From contig OZ287077.1 in assembly GCA_965645245.1 (NCBI GenBank), positions 868,001 through 932,000 on the forward strand: a stretch of 64,000 nt of DNA, given 5' to 3'. The notes under the pieces are model-generated. The model made no database searches and was not told the DNA's origin. It worked only from the letters and a program-made list of their open reading frames with translations. This document shows, piece after piece, positions 1-13,200 of the stretch (positions are counted from its first letter, which is position 1; each line of letters opens with the position of its first letter). The stretch comes from Massalongia carnosa. Its lineage: Eukaryota. Made by a program: the position numbers and the translations under genes.

Positions 1-760
1 TAGTTCCGGTTGACTAAACTCCTGTAGAACCGAAAAGGCTTTGGTCCATTTAGTTAGTAGGCGGCTTGTCAGCCTCTCACCAATTGGAGGTCGCCCCCAT
101 CAGAACTAGTGTTCTGGTGTGCTAGGGACCAGGGGGGAAACAGTCTGCGTTATGATTCTCAGATTTGTGTATATCTCGATACCTCATTATCAATAATCGA
201 CGGTGATACTTTTCGTGTCCTTGTCGTTGACTGAAGTCAGCAAAGTAGATGAACGTGTAATTACTTAGATATCTCGGCTAGGGAAATATTTTTTCGAGCT
301 GGTATAAAGAACGCCGTTGCAACGTAATATGCTTAACGTTGTCCTGCTCTACTTCCCTACAGCTGGGTTAGCTTCTTCAGTTCTCTAACTAAACCTTTTC
401 AACAAACGTCAGATCATACCTTTCCACAGATGTCCTCTCTAAGTTGGCTTTCCTATGTCTTTCCCAAAGCTCTAGCTAGATCACTTGTGATCCCTTCTAC
501 AGGTTTTCTTCCTGGAAATCCTGCGGTGCCATCAAGCCTCGGTTCGAGCTAGAATGGCTGTGATACCCACCCATAAGATGACGGGAAGGTAGCGATCAAC
601 CTTTGGAGCGGCGATGTATGAAAACTCTTAACTGTCTAAATCGAGCTGAATGGTCCCAAGCTCTTGTCTCGTAAGTGATGATCGCATACACTGATGTAGT
701 GGAGGTTCTTGGTGCTTCTCAACAAAGATTGCAAAGTCCACAACTCATCGTTCCTCCAAA

Positions 761-3272
761 TCATACGTGAATAATTAATCTGTCCTGACTTGGAGATATT
801 AACTCCCTTCCGCTGACAGCTCCATGTTTAATCAGTAAATGCTCGACTTCACGGTACCTAAATTCCCTCGCGAAATCTAATGGCGTCCACCTCCTGTCCC
901 AGCTGCTAGAATTGATCTGTGCATTCCTAGCCAACAATAGGCCAACAACAGTAATCTTGCCGTTGTGTGCGGCTATAGCTAATGGACTCATGCCCGACCA
1001 ACCCACACTCTCTATGTCTGCACCAGCGTTCAACAATAGCAGCACCACCGATTCATGGCCCTCACGAGATGCCTCATGGAGAGGGGATTCTCCATCAGGA
1101 GAGATGCAGGTTTTCGGGTCTGCACCATGTTCCAACAGAAGCTGTACGATTGTGTCGTTTCCCTGCTTGGCTGCTGTTATGAGGGCCGTCCATTCAACAG
1201 TGTTGCCTACCCTTCCTTCAACGAGCGCCCCCTGTTCCAACAGTATCGCAGCAACCAACTTACGGTTTCCCTTAATGGCCATGACCAACGGAATTTCATC
1301 TTCAGGGACGCAGGGATTTAGCGGCGCGACTATATGTCGTTTTCTTGGCTTCTTGATTCCCAATATGTTCCTAGCATCAACTTCCACATCAAACCCTTGT
1401 GCGAGGTATAAGACGACTAAAGCATTATTATGCCGAATGGCCCATGGAAGTGGCCCTGAACGTTTCCAGTCTGTATGAGTCATGGAGTAACCTCGGAGAA
1501 TAAGCGCTTCCACCACAAGCTGCTTATCCGCTTCAGTAAGCCTACACTTAAGTTCTTGTAGCTGCGACTTAACCATCTCAACTTTATTCGTTGGGGTTCG
1601 AGCAACAGAGACGCTCCTATCGCGAACAACGGAATCGGCATTGTTGAATCTGCTGTTTGTACCTTCAGATTAGCACTTTATCCTTGTTGCTGCCAAATGA
1701 GAGCTTTACATGTCATCCTTAAGCATGCATCCGACTCTTCGTAATTTCAGTGAACTAAGAACCTTAGAGGGTATCATATCTATATAGGCACCGGCTTCTA
1801 TCGAATCCCCTTTGCCCTCACATATTCTCGATAGCAATTCGAGTGACTCGTAATAGGAGATATGCTCCTTTCCGAGCGTACGCCGACGTCCAATCATAGC
1901 TTTTTGACAGTATCTCTCTGCAGCGTCACAATCTCCTTTTTCTAGTTGAAACTCGGCGAGAAAATGAGAAGCCGAGAGGATGCGCTCTGCATCTTCAGTT
2001 GCGACTGCATGTTCGTTCGTTACAGCAAATAGTAATTCTTCTGCTTCTTTCAATTTTCCCAACCGAAACAAGGACATAGCAAGTTTTAGCTCAAGATCTT
2101 GCATTTTTATTAGTTTCCTTCTCTTCATGGGCAGTCTCTGTAGACGTTGTAAGACACGCCGAAGAAGTGGAGCGGCCTCGGCATAATTACCCTCAGCGTA
2201 CCTAACTTTCGCTTTCGCAAGAAGCTTCTCAATGAGCTCCACTTCAACATCGTTGTCAGAGTCAGATCCGCTGTGCATATCTCCCTTGTCTGAGCTACGC
2301 AGGTGAGACCTCATAGGTAACGCATCATGGGGCGCCCTAGCCGAGCTTAAAAAGTCCATGTTTGACAGTGAAGTCGACGAAGAGGTTTCCGTTTCAACCG
2401 TGGGCAGAGGTATCCAGGTTGATATGCGATCCTGCTTCTCGAAACTTAACGGTGAACCATACACAGAGCCATGCACCGTTGATCCAGCTTCCACAACAGT
2501 AGCTGCGCTTGAGAGTACCTTTCTCGCTGATAGTTTCAGTGGATCAATACTGCGAAGAGCGTCTCTGGCGCCGAGAATGGCTTGACCATGAGTAGAATCA
2601 AGTCGAGCTATCATTTGGACCAATAAGTCAATCTTCGGACTTAGATCTGCGATGACGATTACAGGTGCCGCGGAACTAACGTATCTGCAAAAACGTCAGC
2701 AAATATTGCAATTAGACAACAGCGGCAAACTTTACATTCGGATTGATGAGGGCAGGAACGGGACGGGGCAGGAAGCAAAGATTGTGGTTACATTTTCGTT
2801 AACTGTTCGGAACGACTCACAGATTAATGGTCTGCAAAGCAATCTGCAAAGCCATGTTATGCGTTTTGAATTGTGAGCGGAGCGCATTAATATCATCTTC
2901 CTTTAGAGTCAGCCTGAATTGACGGATCATCTGCTGCACAACATTTTGGCCCTTCATTTTAACACTTTGCAAGGTCTTCTCAAGATTTTCCACAGCATCG
3001 CGGCAATCTGTAAGAGAGCCGTAAACAGCTTGCCATAACCCGCGGGTATCATCCGTAGTTCCAGATGCCCCTTGGGCAGCAAGGGTGGGGGTTCGGAGGA
3101 CGGCACCAATCGTGTTAAGAATTTGTATAAGGCCATTGACTTCTGCGTAGAGCGCATTGACTGTATTGTCGACCTTTCGAGTTGCATCGACAAAGACGTA
3201 GAGAGAGCTCGAGAGTTGGAGAACCATAGTGCCAAGGGCAGTCACAGATGCCGCGACTGAAAGAGGATCCAT
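761..3272 (-). CDS. Multi-exon protein: fungal HeLo-like N-terminal domain, TPR repeats, C-terminal ankyrin repeats
   Basis: Three same-strand ORFs joined by plausible introns (GTGAGT donor at 2820, GCTGAC...TTGCAG acceptor at 2685; GTAAAG donor near 1709). ORF 2817-3272 begins MDPLSVAASVTALG, typical of fungal STAND N-terminal domains. ORF 1706-2623 has TPR-like helices (AERYCQKAMIGRRRTLGKEH). ORF 761-1576 has ankyrin motifs (SPLHEASREGHESVVLLLLNAGAD). Confidence 0.75.
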
Positions 3273-4580
3273 GCCGAAGTCTGAGCAAATGCTCCTCTAC
3301 CAGTAGCTATCTTCAAATATACGTACGTAGCAATTAGTAGTAAAGCCATGCACAACTCTTTCGTGATATAGCCCACTGGAGTACTCTATTGTGCGTACTC
3401 TGTCGTTGGTCGTAAATGCTGTGGTAGTCGTACTCTAATCAATCAAAATCTCAGCGTCTTAACTAGTTCAAGGCGACAATTTGAGTTCACGATTGTAACG
3501 TACTTCCTGCAATCCATGAAGACTTGATTCAAGTGTCCGATTGCAGGTTGAAGATGCTTAGCTGCCATCGGAAACTATGTTATGACAATTCAAAATCAAA
3601 CATAATTGGATTTACGATGCAGATGTTCATGCGATGATCGCGCTTTTCAATGCTAGGAGTTAGGCTTCCCGAATGTGATGGGAAACGATGAGGGAGACGA
3701 TGGCACATTTGAACGCCGAAAAGCAACCTAAGCTCAGCAGAACCGAGGCTTCAAGACAGTGGCAAGACGAGATCCAAAAAGATATCTAGTAGTGGAGAAT
3801 CTGTATTTTAACCAATGTAAATGTGCAAGGTTACCCATCACAGAGTCGCCACGTCGACTCCAAGTCTTTAATGCCTCAAGCTCGCTACTTAAAGAAGCCC
3901 CTTTCTAACCAAATTGGATTCCGAAATAAACCCTTTCATGCCTCTACCCATTTCCTTAGAATACAGCAATCTTCAATCTCAATCAGCCAGTAACCCGAAA
4001 CAAGAAAACTTAGTTAAAATAAAGGCGAAGCAGCGACAAGCGGGGTGAAGAAAGAATAGCCTTCAGCGGATTGTATTAGCTCCAGGGAGGGTTCTGTGAG
4101 CCGTATATAAATCGCGGTTGCAGGAACTCCTTGGGTGTCTTGACGAAGAATTAGGGAGGCGAGTAAGGACCGCTGAGGACCAAAGCTGAAGATGATTGAT
4201 AGTGGGTAACGGCATAGTGGAGAAAGTTTTTCTTCCGTTAGAGTGTTTCATATTATATTCCTTGGTGTTTAGCTCTATGCAAGCTTGAGGCCCTCTCCAC
4301 CTTTCATCGGTAACCATCCATCTGGATGCCCATAAGTTCAAAGGACATAGAAAATAGCGGATGAAGTTTCGGTGTTTTGAGGCTCAATAAATGGTGGAAA
4401 CATCCGTAAAAGGTATGAACAGTTATTAGTAAAACAGCAAAACGAAAGTCTTAATACAAGAGCGGAGAAAATATATTACGATGAGCCTTGAGTGTCAGGC
4501 TTCGAACCTCCCTTCATCCCAATTAGCCGGGTATTTATGCACCCAAACGCCTGATAAAGTGACATAGTCGTTGTATATCT

Positions 4581-5625
4581 TCAAGCCGAAGGATTATCTC
4601 GTGCTCTTGCGCCACTAGCTCGATACCAAACGTCACCCCCCCAACGCATCATCCGCTCAGCAGCGGCGGTCGGCCCATCAATTGCCGGTCGAACATCTAA
4701 ATAAAACACTGGCTCTCCCGTAGGTTCCGGAGGCGCCGAGTAGTAATCTATCACATACCTGACCTCCCGTACTTCCCCTTGAGGGGTATATCGTTGTACA
4801 TACCAATCATGACGATCAAACGGAGGTTCGCAACTATGAAAAAGTCAGCTACCGAGCAAAGGGTTTTGCGAAGGTAGCTGTACTTACCTAAACTTGGCAG
4901 GGTAGACTCTCCCCATGAGTTCTAAAATCCTGGCTTTAGGCGTGATATCATTCGGCCTGCCCTGAAACCTCAAGAGTTTTGGTTTGGGGAAATGCGCCTT
5001 TCTCGCTGCAACATGACCGTTCTGCACATAGTCTTGCTCGCCCCTTCGACATATTTGCCAGCCGTAGCTTAACCCTCGACTAAATCTTGCTTCCCATCCT
5101 TCAATCTCTTCCCACGCGCCCTCGTTCAAAAAATTATGCACAGCAACCATAGACTCTACTGCGTCCTCCGGAGTATCGTCGTAACCCTTGCGGAGCATTG
5201 CGTTATACATTTGCTGCGGGGACGGGTATTCCCAGTTACGTTCAGCGTCCCCTCGAGGGATGGATGAAACCGTTCGTTCGACAGGTAAGGCTACCTTCTG
5301 GTGTGCTGCACGCGATTGCGAGATACTTGAAGGCATGTAGTTGAGAGGGTTGAGTTTCGAGAACGGTGATGGCGACTGGGAAGGTGTGAAGGGGACATTG
5401 GGCGCTTTGGCGGGGCAGCAATTATCGAGGGCAGATGCTGATGAAGTAGGTAGTGAAATCGAGAAGTTAGACGAGGGGCCATTATGCATGGGGCAGCCGG
5501 GCTGTACTACAGTTAGCTCAACGACTCGATACTGATAGAGATATACGCACAGGAGTGGCGCTCGAACTAGATGTAGGATGAGACGCAGGAGACCGAGGTG
5601 GTGTGTCTGCCCAAAACCAGCCCAT
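4581..5625 (-). CDS. CYC3: Cytochrome c heme lyase (holocytochrome c synthase), 3 exons
   Basis: N-terminus MGWFWAD; CPMH heme-regulatory motif; [27 protein letters not shown]; last exon PFDRHDW...RYVIDYY...[11 protein letters not shown] at 4581-4583. Confidence 0.95.
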
Positions 5626-6106
5626 GTCGAAGAATTCTCGAGATGGTTTATGAGGCCGCCAGTAGTAGAGAGCAGTCTTGAAACCGATCGAAAGAAGAAA
5701 AATCAACGGAATGGAATGAATTACGTAGCCCGACGAAAGATTTCGACAATAAGTTTCAACGATACGATGCTTAAATACATAGGCTAGGGCTGAAGGCAAG
5801 AGGTTGGTACGTAAACAAGTCTTGGCGATGCAATTCTATGATGTATGAAGTACGGAGTACTGATTACTCTGTACGGATGTAATAAAATTTACCTATCTAT
5901 ACTTGGTTGTAACATTATGATACGCGTATAGATTATCCAATGAGTTGACATCGCCAGGAGCAGTGTTCCTTTTCCAGAAGCTGAAATTGTAAAGAACTCG
6001 GCTCACGCCAATTAGTTCCAGACGCTTCAATTTATTTCGCGGTTTGCTGGCTAAATATGGACTACCTGTATCTCTCATCTGGGTGCTAGCGGGGTGGTAG
6101 CCTACA

Positions 6107-8493
6107 ATGAGAACTGCCTTCTCTTTTGGCCGCCTTTGCCTTCGCCATGGAGCCCCCCGAATTGCTCTCCTTCCCCGCCGTGGGAGGCCCTTCTCAAGAC
6201 TTTCGCAACCTCCAGTATCACGTGATCACACAAGAAGATTTCCGGGGGCGCGGCACACCCTTTGGGCCGTGTTGACACCCGCCGCATTTGTACGATTGAG
6301 CGAGGAAGACAACGGGGATGGCAAAACCCCGGAAAAACAAATGCTGGAAGCATCGCGGGCGGAGATCCAGAAAAGGGTGCCGGACGATGTTCATGGGCTA
6401 AAGAGAGCCTTGAGAAGCATCTATCTTTTTCTCGATACCTTCATCTACGAGCCCATTGCAACTGGATTAAGATTCCTACACTTAGTTGTCATATTTGTGC
6501 CCGTGATATTTACAACGCCCGTGGTGCGGTTTGGACGACGACAGAAGGATCGGGACAACGAGCGTATGGGTACGCTTTGGTGGTATGCTTTCCTGGTGCA
6601 TTCCATGGAGCGTGCTGGGCCTGCCTTTATCAAGGTACCATCCTTGAGGAGTGCCGCAATCTAGATTTAGACTGATCTAGCCTCCTAGCTGGGACAATGG
6701 GCTGCTTCCAGATCAGATATCTTTCCTTCGGAAATGTGCAACGTCATGTCCTCTCTCCATTCCAATGCTCCAGCCCACTCCCTTGCAGATACGGAGAGAA
6801 CCATAGTGAAAGCATTCAGTGGTCGGCCCTTTGAAGATATTTTCGAAGAGTTTCACGAGCAACCACTCGGCGTAGGGGCGATAGCACAGGTCTACAAAGC
6901 CAAACTAAAAGCCAACCTTGCAACGCCTGGCGATGTCGATTTGGAGGGGCCTCCAAAGAACATACGGCAAAGAGTTCGGAAGAATGTAGACGTTCTTGTG
7001 AAAAGGACTCCGCGGCGAGTTCCGTCATCATATGTGGCGATCAAGGTCTTGCACCCAAAGGTAGAACGCATCGTTCGACGAGATCTGCGAATCATGGGGT
7101 TTTTCGCATCCGTTCTGAACACCGTACCAACCATGGAATGGCTCTCACTCCCCGATGAAGTCCAACAATTTGGCGAAATGATGCGCCTCCAACTCGATCT
7201 CCGTATCGAATCCGCCAACCTAACACTCTTCCGCAAGAAGTTCAAAGACCGTACTACGGCCTGGTTTCCGTTCCCCTACTCTGAATACACCACCCGAGAA
7301 GTTCTTGTTGAGGAATTCGCCCAAGGGATCCCCCTCGCCCACTTCCTCGAGGACGGAGGCGGTGTCTTTCAGCAAGAAATTGCAGACGAAGGTCTTGACG
7401 CTTTTCTGCACATGCTCCTTATTGACAACTTCGTCCACGCCGATCTACACCCCGGAAATATCATGGTGCGCTTCTATAAGCCCGAGAAACTGAACTTAGC
7501 ATTTGGCCGGCAGAAACCCTCCCCCACGCCCGTTCACTCCATCGACGTAACCGAGCAAGTTCTCCAGCAACTGCGTCCGCATCGCCACCATCCGGAGGCC
7601 TGGGCAGCACAGTTGGCGCAAATTGATAAGGAGGGCTATCGCCCGCAGCTTATATTCATTGATACGGGTCTCGTCACGGCCCTTAACCAAACCAATCGCA
7701 CCAATTTCCTTGACCTCTTCAAGGCTGTGGCCGAGTTTGACGGATACCGGGCGGGCCATCTGATGGTTGAACGATGCCGACAGCCAGAGGCGGTTATCGA
7801 TAAGGAGGTTTTTGCTCTCAAGATGCAGCATCTTGTGCTCGGGGTCAAGAGCAGCACGTTTGCGCTTGGCAACATTCGCATTGGTGAGGTTTTGAACGAA
7901 GTCCTGACGATGGTGCGACGTCATCATGTAAGGATGGAAGGCGATTTCGTCAATGTGGTTATTAGTATCCTTTTATTGGAAGGAATCGGACGAAATCTAG
8001 ATCCAGATCTAGATCTTTTCAAAAGGCGAGTCCTTATCCACCACGTTGTTCCCAAATCGCTCGCATATCCACTTCCCTCTTTCCCTTTCAGTACCCTTGA
8101 CAGGACCCGTAAAAAATCCTAACCTAAGCTGCAGCGCTCTTCCTATCCTCCGCGAACTCGGCGCACAAGGCGGCGGCAGCTCACTATTAAAAAGCATTCG
8201 TGAAGGTGACACGTCAATACTGAAGGTGTGGGTTGGGCTCGAGGCGCGGCGGTATTTGCAGGCGTCGGCAGAATCGGTATGTCTCTCTCCTCTCCTACAA
8301 GTAACATACTTTTTTCTTTGGATGCTTCCTGTTGTTTGTTCTGTTTGTTTTGGCCCTCTGAGTGTGGATCTTAAGGTGAAGACGGGGTAAAGTAAGATAA
8401 AGTGGATGATTCCTCCGGATTGCTAACCCGTTGGTTCGCACGGTCTAGGTTGAGATGTGTGTCAAGTACGATCAGCTCTCGCCGAATTTTTAG
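6107..8493 (+). CDS. CQD1: Mitochondrial ABC1/UbiB atypical kinase (Cqd1/ADCK2-like), 4 exons
   Basis: AGPAFIK|LGQWAASRSDIFP (KxGQ motif), GVGAIAQVY, VAIKVLHP, HADLHPGN, FIDTGL; terminal exon VKYDQLSPNF*. Confidence 0.88.
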
Positions 8494-8735
8494 AGTACGT
8501 TAGCTAGCTCCCTAGAGGGATCAGGGGACCCAGGAAACTCTGACTCGAGGCGTTCTTTGTTCTCGAGCAAACCCTCACTTGATCGTACGGGGGTTTATCT
8601 TTCTCTTTCTCTCTCTCCTGTAAATAATCTCCAAGACCAATATAGATTATTATATATACACATACACAACCCATAATATCTACCCTTCTTCTCCATTCCT
8701 CCCTTTGCTCCATTCGCGTTCCTACCGAGCAAGCT

Positions 8736-8794
8736 AGTCAGTCATTCAGTCAGTCAGTCAGTCAGTCAGTCAGTCAGTCAGTCAGTCAGTCAGT
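8736..8794. repeat. (CAGT)n microsatellite
   Basis: About 14 tandem CAGT units with one variant. Confidence 0.95.
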
Positions 8795-9113
8795 ACTTGA
8801 GTACCTACATATCTAGCTCAACCCCCTTCAAAAACTTTCAAAAACTCCAAAAAATTCCAATGTGTATGTACGTATTGCCCGATATTCTTTTCGGGGGATT
8901 TTTGGTGGGGAGGAGGGGTTCTAGGTTTCTTCCCGGAAGAACTCCTACTCAACCCAACCCATCCACATCATACGGCATCTCTTGAGAATTTTACTATATC
9001 CCATTCATTCATTAATACATGCATTCGTTTTTCCACACATCCCTGTTCCTTCCTTCCATTCTCCGTTTCTTCTCGTTCATCGTCGTCCATCCCTTACTCC
9101 TCCCTTTCCTACA

Positions 9114-9143
9114 ACATACATACATACATACATACATACATAC
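9114..9143. repeat. (ATAC)n microsatellite
   Basis: Tandem ACAT units. Confidence 0.9.
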
Positions 9144-10271
9144 AAAAACCTTTCTCCCTTCCCTTTACTTCTTTCCCCAAACTTCCCCTTCAACCCCAGC
9201 CATCCCAACCACCTACAAAGCAAACACTGTTACTTACTTACTTTACGCGCAACACAACCCCAAACTAAAACCGAGGCAGGCCAGACCAGACCCAACAAAA
9301 GACCCGACAAAAGATCAATCACACAAAAAGCAGTAAATAAATAGTTTTCCGTTAATAGAAGAGGAGATTTCTCGATTTCCACGATACAACACGACTTCCT
9401 ACTCATTCACTCACTCACTCATCCACTCACTCATCCACCTAACTAACCCTCCTCCCGTATGAGTAAGTGGGTGGGTTGGTGGGTAGGTGATGAATGCCAC
9501 GCTGCGCTACGCTATAAAGCAATGCCGCGATGCACTGATACAGTGGATATGTGCCTAGGTAGTAGTTATACATATGAAAAAGCCCAAATTCTGATTCCGC
9601 CCCTCTCGCTAAAAGTCCAATCTATCTTTCTATTTAAGGCAATCTATCCCGTATTCCCATTCCCATTCCCATTCCCATTACCTCAATTGCCCCCTCCCCC
9701 CCCGGTCGCCTCAAAAGCAATGTCAGCAATAACAAGTCGGTGTGCATCCACCTCCTTCCGCTAGCTTCCACAAAACGAATACACTCAGAGACATGAGAAG
9801 ATGTTAATAGATTCTTCAAGCAGTCGAGGTTTGTTTTGGTTGTTTTTTTTTTGGTTAGGTTCATATGCAAGAGCGGCGAGTTGTTCCGTTTCCCTGAATA
9901 CCCCCTCTCCCCCCTTTTTCCTCCTTTCATATACAATATACATGGAACGTATGTCTAAAACGAGGAGAAGAAGAAACCCCGTCTAGAAAGGTAGAAGGTT
10001 GGGGAAAACCTAAGGAGCTGAAGGGGAACAAATAGTTACAGGAAAAGCCGGCGATAGGAGAAGATTACACATAGTACATTGGCCCTCCTTCCATGCAGAC
10101 ACGCGTGGATAAAGAAAGACCCTAAATGTCCACCTGCTCCTTTATGCCTTCCCAGCAGTTTCGTTAGTCTATTCCCTGTCTCTCACGGCTCGAGTCCGTT
10201 AAAAACGGGTGGTCAGATTCTGCAGCCTATACACCTAAGTAATCAAGCCGGGTCGGGTTTTCGAACCTTCA

Positions 10272-13200
10272 CTAATCTGAAAATATGTTCCGGCTAGCCA
10301 TCAGCTCGTTATAAAAACCCAGGCCGTTGGGGCGGGTGTAATCGTGATCCTTTCGGGCGTAGGGAGATTTCGGAATACGAGGGGTTTCGTCCCTTCGGTT
10401 CCATCGAAGGAAAGGATCGGTATCGGTCCTCTCTTGCGGAGGATAAGGATTCGAGGGAAATCTGACCTCTGAGCCCCACCTCCTACTCATACCAACGTCT
10501 GCGCCCTTAACGTTGAGATCCAATACGTCCACCAGGCCCGCCGCAAACAGCGACCGTACCCTGTCGTCCGCAAGATATGCATGCTCGCCATTTTCCGACC
10601 TGTTATCCTTGCCGGCCAAGTCGCGGAACGCGACAGACAGCAGGCGCTCGAGGGCCTGACGGAACTCAACAATAGTGCTTGCGGCACTGCGGTCCTGGCT
10701 CTTGACGTACCACGGCAGCCAGCCGTCCATTTCGATAATATTAGAATGGCTTCTATTTATGATCTTGCCACCAAAGAGCGTGGCCATGAGGGGGGTACTT
10801 TCGGTAGTGTCGCGCAGAAAGATGGATCGTCCGTCGGTAGAGTGCGCCATGGCGCTGTAGCTGAACAGGGTACCCTGCCTTATGCTATCGCCATCTTTAT
10901 CTTTGTCGCGCGGGGCATTCACCGATGAAGGGTGAATCATGGCGCCGATCTCGCCAGGGGTGCGCAAGGAGCGGCCGCTACTTTTAACGGCCAAATTTGG
11001 GTGAAGCCCAGCGAGCGTAAGAGCTTTGATAAGGGGGACTTTGTTAGAATTTTCGTTGAGAGAAGAGGGGCCGAACTCGGAGTTGTTGCGAGCATGAGCG
11101 TGTGTGGAGGGGATGAGACGATTTTGGACGAGGAGCTCTTCAATCTGCCGCGCCGTGTTGTCAATGGTCCTGAATGCACCAATATGGATAAAATTATCCA
11201 CGGCGCAATCCTTCATCGCCCGCTCCCCGGACTGATCACGACGAGCGCGCAACTCGCGAACAGCGTTGACAAGAGCGATATGATCACTTCCGGAACCTTG
11301 CACGAATTCGCGCTTTGCAGCGTGAGCTTGTGCGCGATGCTCTAGCGGTGACACAAAGATCTGACGCTCAGAGGCAGCTGCACCAATTACTAACATCGGG
11401 TCAAGGCAGCGGAAGATGACACCAAGCACTATCATTTTACCGAGGGAGGGATGCACTGGTAATTGAGCGAGCACCCTACCCAAGGGAGTAATCTCTTCGT
11501 TCCATGTAAGAGCGTCTAATTGCTGCAAATTTACCACCGAAGCGTCAACGGCTCTTTCTGGTGGTGGTTCGATGGCTCCCGCGAGAAATTCCCGAATTGG
11601 GGTTGTGAATGCCTGCGCTTTGATGGCAAGGCAAGTCTCTTGCAGATCCGAGCGAAGCATTTCTGGAAGGCCAATGGCACGCATGGAGTCATAGCGCGCC
11701 TTTGGGAACAGGGCGTAGTAGTTGCCATTCTGTATTCTTCCGGCCCGACCAGCCCGCTGCTTGGAGTTGGACTTGCTGATCCAAGAACACACAAGCTTGG
11801 TGATACGGCGGGCGTTGTCATATTGCTTTTCTCTCACTTTCCCAGTATCCACAACATACTTTACATCTGTGATGGTGATTGATGTTTCAGCAATGTTTGT
11901 AGCTAGGATTATTTTTCGGCAGCCAGAGGGAACAGCATCAAATACTTCGGTTTGTCCGGTGGGAATGGATGAGTGTAAAAGGCAAATCTTGAACTTGGAT
12001 TCGTTGTTGAAATTGACGTTGAGGGGGTTCGACTCGGTAAGATAGCTTCGGACTTTGGTTATTTCCTCCAGTCCTGGCAAGAAGACCAAGATTGCGCCGT
12101 CGTCACTTATTTTAGAGATATGCGCAACAGTCAATGCAACAAGCCCGAAAGGGATCAAAGCATCGTCTTTTTCGTTTGTCGTGATGATCTCGCCTTCCGC
12201 CGAGATCTTACGCTCTTTTTTCCAATCGATGACGAAGTCATCGGCTTGGTTAGCAGAACTCGCACCAACTTCATGATTTACCGGCTGCTCTTGACAAAAC
12301 CTCTCGCTGGCTTCGAGATAGTCTCTAGTTGGAACATCGCTACGGAGGAGTTGCAATGCTGAAGCCGGATACGAGTCTCTAAGCTGATCCACAATTGTAT
12401 CCAAGTACTGTTTTTCCACAGGAAAGGTTCGCCCGGGTACGCTGACAATAGGGCACTCCTTATCTTTACCACCAATGCTGTTTCCGAAATAAGACGCGAA
12501 CAGATCAGTGTCAATTGTGGCACTCATCAGCACAATCTTTGGAATCGATTGACCTGCAGCGGCTCTTCGCACCATAACTTTCTTTAATATCACAAGGAGG
12601 AAATCTGTCTCTATGCTTCGTTCGTGGACTTCATCGATAATTAAATGCGATACGCTATCCATGACATCATCCGGGGCATGCTGGAGTTGCCGCAGAAGAA
12701 TCCCTATAGTGCAGAATGATATGCTCCCGCGGGTCTTCGGTAGTTTGGAGTCGAAGCGTACTTGATACCCCACGCTATCTTGCAGCCTCTCAGCTCGTTC
12801 TTCGGCAACCCGTCGAGCAACGGACGTAGCTGCAATCCTGCGAGGTTGCGTACAAATTATGTTACAGTCCGAGCCCCGACCTTTTGCAATGGCTTCTTCA
12901 AGAAGTATTTGAGGCACCTGGGTGGTCTTGCCACTTCCCGTGGCTCCCACTATGATACAATAAGGGTTTTCCGTCACCATATTTAGCACTTTCTCACTAT
13001 ATTGATTCATTGGAAGTTCTGATCTTTTCTTCCGAAGCTCCGCGAGTCTAGGGTTTTGAAGATACGCAGCACGAGCGGATTTCATACGCAAGTTTCTGAC
13101 GTTAGCCTGCTCCTTCCTTAGGGGAGTAAGATACCGGTGCATAGCCTTGCTGGCCTCAGATAACGCATTATCCTCTTGCGAGTGATCAGCCTCATCCGGT

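Noticed and set aside
1..560. Possible LTR-retrotransposon end (purine tract AGGGGGGAAA near 131)
   Set aside because: No clear TG...CA boundaries, TSD or coding remnant within the window.
9680..9765. Exon-like minus-strand stretch (RKEVDAHRLVIADIAFE)
   Set aside because: It lies beyond the helicase stop codon, with no linkable upstream exon and no recognisable family.
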